A stretch of 64,000 nucleotides of DNA from an uncultured Burkholderiaceae bacterium (GTDB lineage Bacteria > Pseudomonadota > Gammaproteobacteria > Burkholderiales > Burkholderiaceae_C), in assembly GCA_964371405.1 (NCBI GenBank), contig CAYJLV010000022.1, positions 1,227-65,226 on the forward strand, given 5' to 3'. The notes under the pieces were generated by a model, which saw only the letters and a list, made by a program, of their open reading frames with translations, was not told the DNA's origin and made no database searches. A program made the position numbers and the translations under genes. Each line of letters begins with the position of its first letter. Positions within the stretch are counted from its first letter, which is position 1. Positions 63,023 to 64,000 of this stretch are shown here, piece after piece.

Positions 63023-63649
63023 TCAGCCGAACCGGACGCCCGCCTGCCGCAGCAGGCGCGCCGTCTCGTACAGCGGCAAACCCATGATACTGGAGTGGCT
63101 GCCGTCGATGTGCTCGATCCAGCGCGCTGCCTCGCTCTGGATCGCATAGGCGCCGGCCTTGCCGAACGGCTCGCCGCGCGCGACGTAGGTCTCGATCTCG
63201 GCGCGCGGCACGGTGGCGAAACGCACATGCGAGACCTGCGCCGCGCAGCGCGCGCGCCGACCATCCCACACGGCGACGGCCGTGATCACGCGGTGCGTGC
63301 GACCGCTCAGGTGCCCGAGCGTCACGATCGCATCGGTCGCGTCGCGCGGCTTGCCGAGGATGCGCCGGCCGAGCGCGACCGTCGTGTCGGCGCACAGGAT
63401 CGGCGCGAGAGGCAGTCGCGAGCGATCGAGTCGTGTGCGCGCGGCCACAAGCTTGGCGCGCGTCACGCGCACGACGTAGTCGGCCGGCAATTCGCCGGCG
63501 CGCTCGGCTTCGAGCGCCTCGGCGTCCTCGTCGGCACCCGGCAGCAGCAGCTCGTGGCGCACCTGGATCTGCGCGAGCAGCTGGCGCCGCCGCGGGCTCT
63601 GCGAAGCGAGGTAGACGAAGTCGTGCGTCGCCATGAGGAGCCGATTCAT
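63023..63649 (-). CDS. maf: Maf-like nucleoside triphosphate pyrophosphatase
   Basis: [13 protein letters not shown] ... GKAGAYAIQ resembles Maf. ATG 63649 overlaps the rlmH stop (ATGA). Confidence 0.9.
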   Translation of the reverse strand: MNRLLMATHDFVYLASQSPRRRQLLAQIQVRHELLLPGADEDAEALEAERAGELPADYVVRVTRAKLVAARTRLDRSRLPLAPILCADTTVALGRRILGKPRDATDAIVTLGHLSGRTHRVITAVAVWDGRRARCAAQVSHVRFATVPRAEIETYVARGEPFGKAGAYAIQSEAARWIEHIDGSHSSIMGLPLYETARLLRQAGVRFG

Positions 63650-64000
63650 TCGCGGTGATACGGGTGACCGGCGGCCAGCGACCAGGCGCGGTACAGCGCC
63701 TCGGCGAGCAGCACGCGCACGAAGGCATGCGGCAGCGTCAGGTCCGACAGGCGCAGCCGTTCGTCGGCGCCCTCCTTCAGCGCGGCATCGAGGCCGTCGG
63801 GGCCGCCGACGAGCAGCGCGACGTCGCGTCCGCCGCGCTGCCAGACGCCGAGGCGCGCCGCCAGCTCGCGCGTCGTGACGCGCTCGCCGCGCTCGTCGAG
63901 CGCGACGCGGCGCACGCCGCGGGGCAAGGCGGCCTCGATGCGCGCGCCCTCGGCCGCCATCAGCGCCGCTGCGGGCCGCCCGTCGCGCGACTCCGCCTTC
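63646..64000 (-). CDS. rlmH: 23S rRNA (pseudouridine1915-N3)-methyltransferase RlmH, 5'-partial (runs off the right edge)
   Basis: The C-terminus [10 protein letters not shown]...[34 protein letters not shown] matches E. coli RlmH. The frame stays open to nt 63999, and about 50 N-terminal codons are missing. Confidence 0.85.
   Translation of the reverse strand, partial: KAESRDGRPAAALMAAEGARIEAALPRGVRRVALDERGERVTTRELAARLGVWQRGGRDVALLVGGPDGLDAALKEGADERLRLSDLTLPHAFVRVLLAEALYRAWSLAAGHPYHRE

Overview
High-GC (about 70% or more) chromosomal segment with Burkholderiales-like (betaproteobacterial) gene content. I saw no rRNA, CRISPR array, integrase or transposase. Most of the window is ordinary backbone:
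- ettA, a PAS histidine kinase with a CheY-like regulator, and rhlE.
- A LexA-boxed imuA-imuB-dnaE2 mutagenesis cassette.
- An iorA-iorB-dctPQM operon, gshA and a dodecin gene.
- An AraC-linked DUF1329/DUF1302/RND/BNR envelope cluster with aldehyde dehydrogenase, followed by an aminotransferase-permease-UPF0261-HAD-dadA operon.
- A TetR-controlled TolC/HlyD/ABC-2 efflux operon resembling YbhGFSR.
- Two tandem tRNA-Lys genes, tcdA, a yeeE-like gene, tolB-pal-ybgF, msbA, and rng-maf-rlmH (rlmH is cut by the right edge).

The most interesting region is a roughly 3.6 kb stretch of lower GC (57.9-61.5 kb) between an ahpD-like gene and rng. It holds three intact co-oriented genes: a 531-aa protein with a C-terminal PD-(D/E)xK signature and an unrecognised ~325-aa N-terminus, a winged-helix-fused minimal nucleotidyltransferase, and a HEPN-like protein. 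Beside them lie a decayed MNT/HepT pair and a diverged duplicate of the rng 3' end. I do not recognise this gene combination as a named defence system.

Other points:
- A 39-bp bipartite motif is repeated almost exactly upstream of two operons next to the AraC gene.
- There is a ParD gene with an internally deleted ParE remnant.
- A lower-GC segment at the left edge cuts off a yqeY-type gene.
- REP-like palindromes flank the pirin gene.

All family assignments come from reading the translations by eye. No searches were run.
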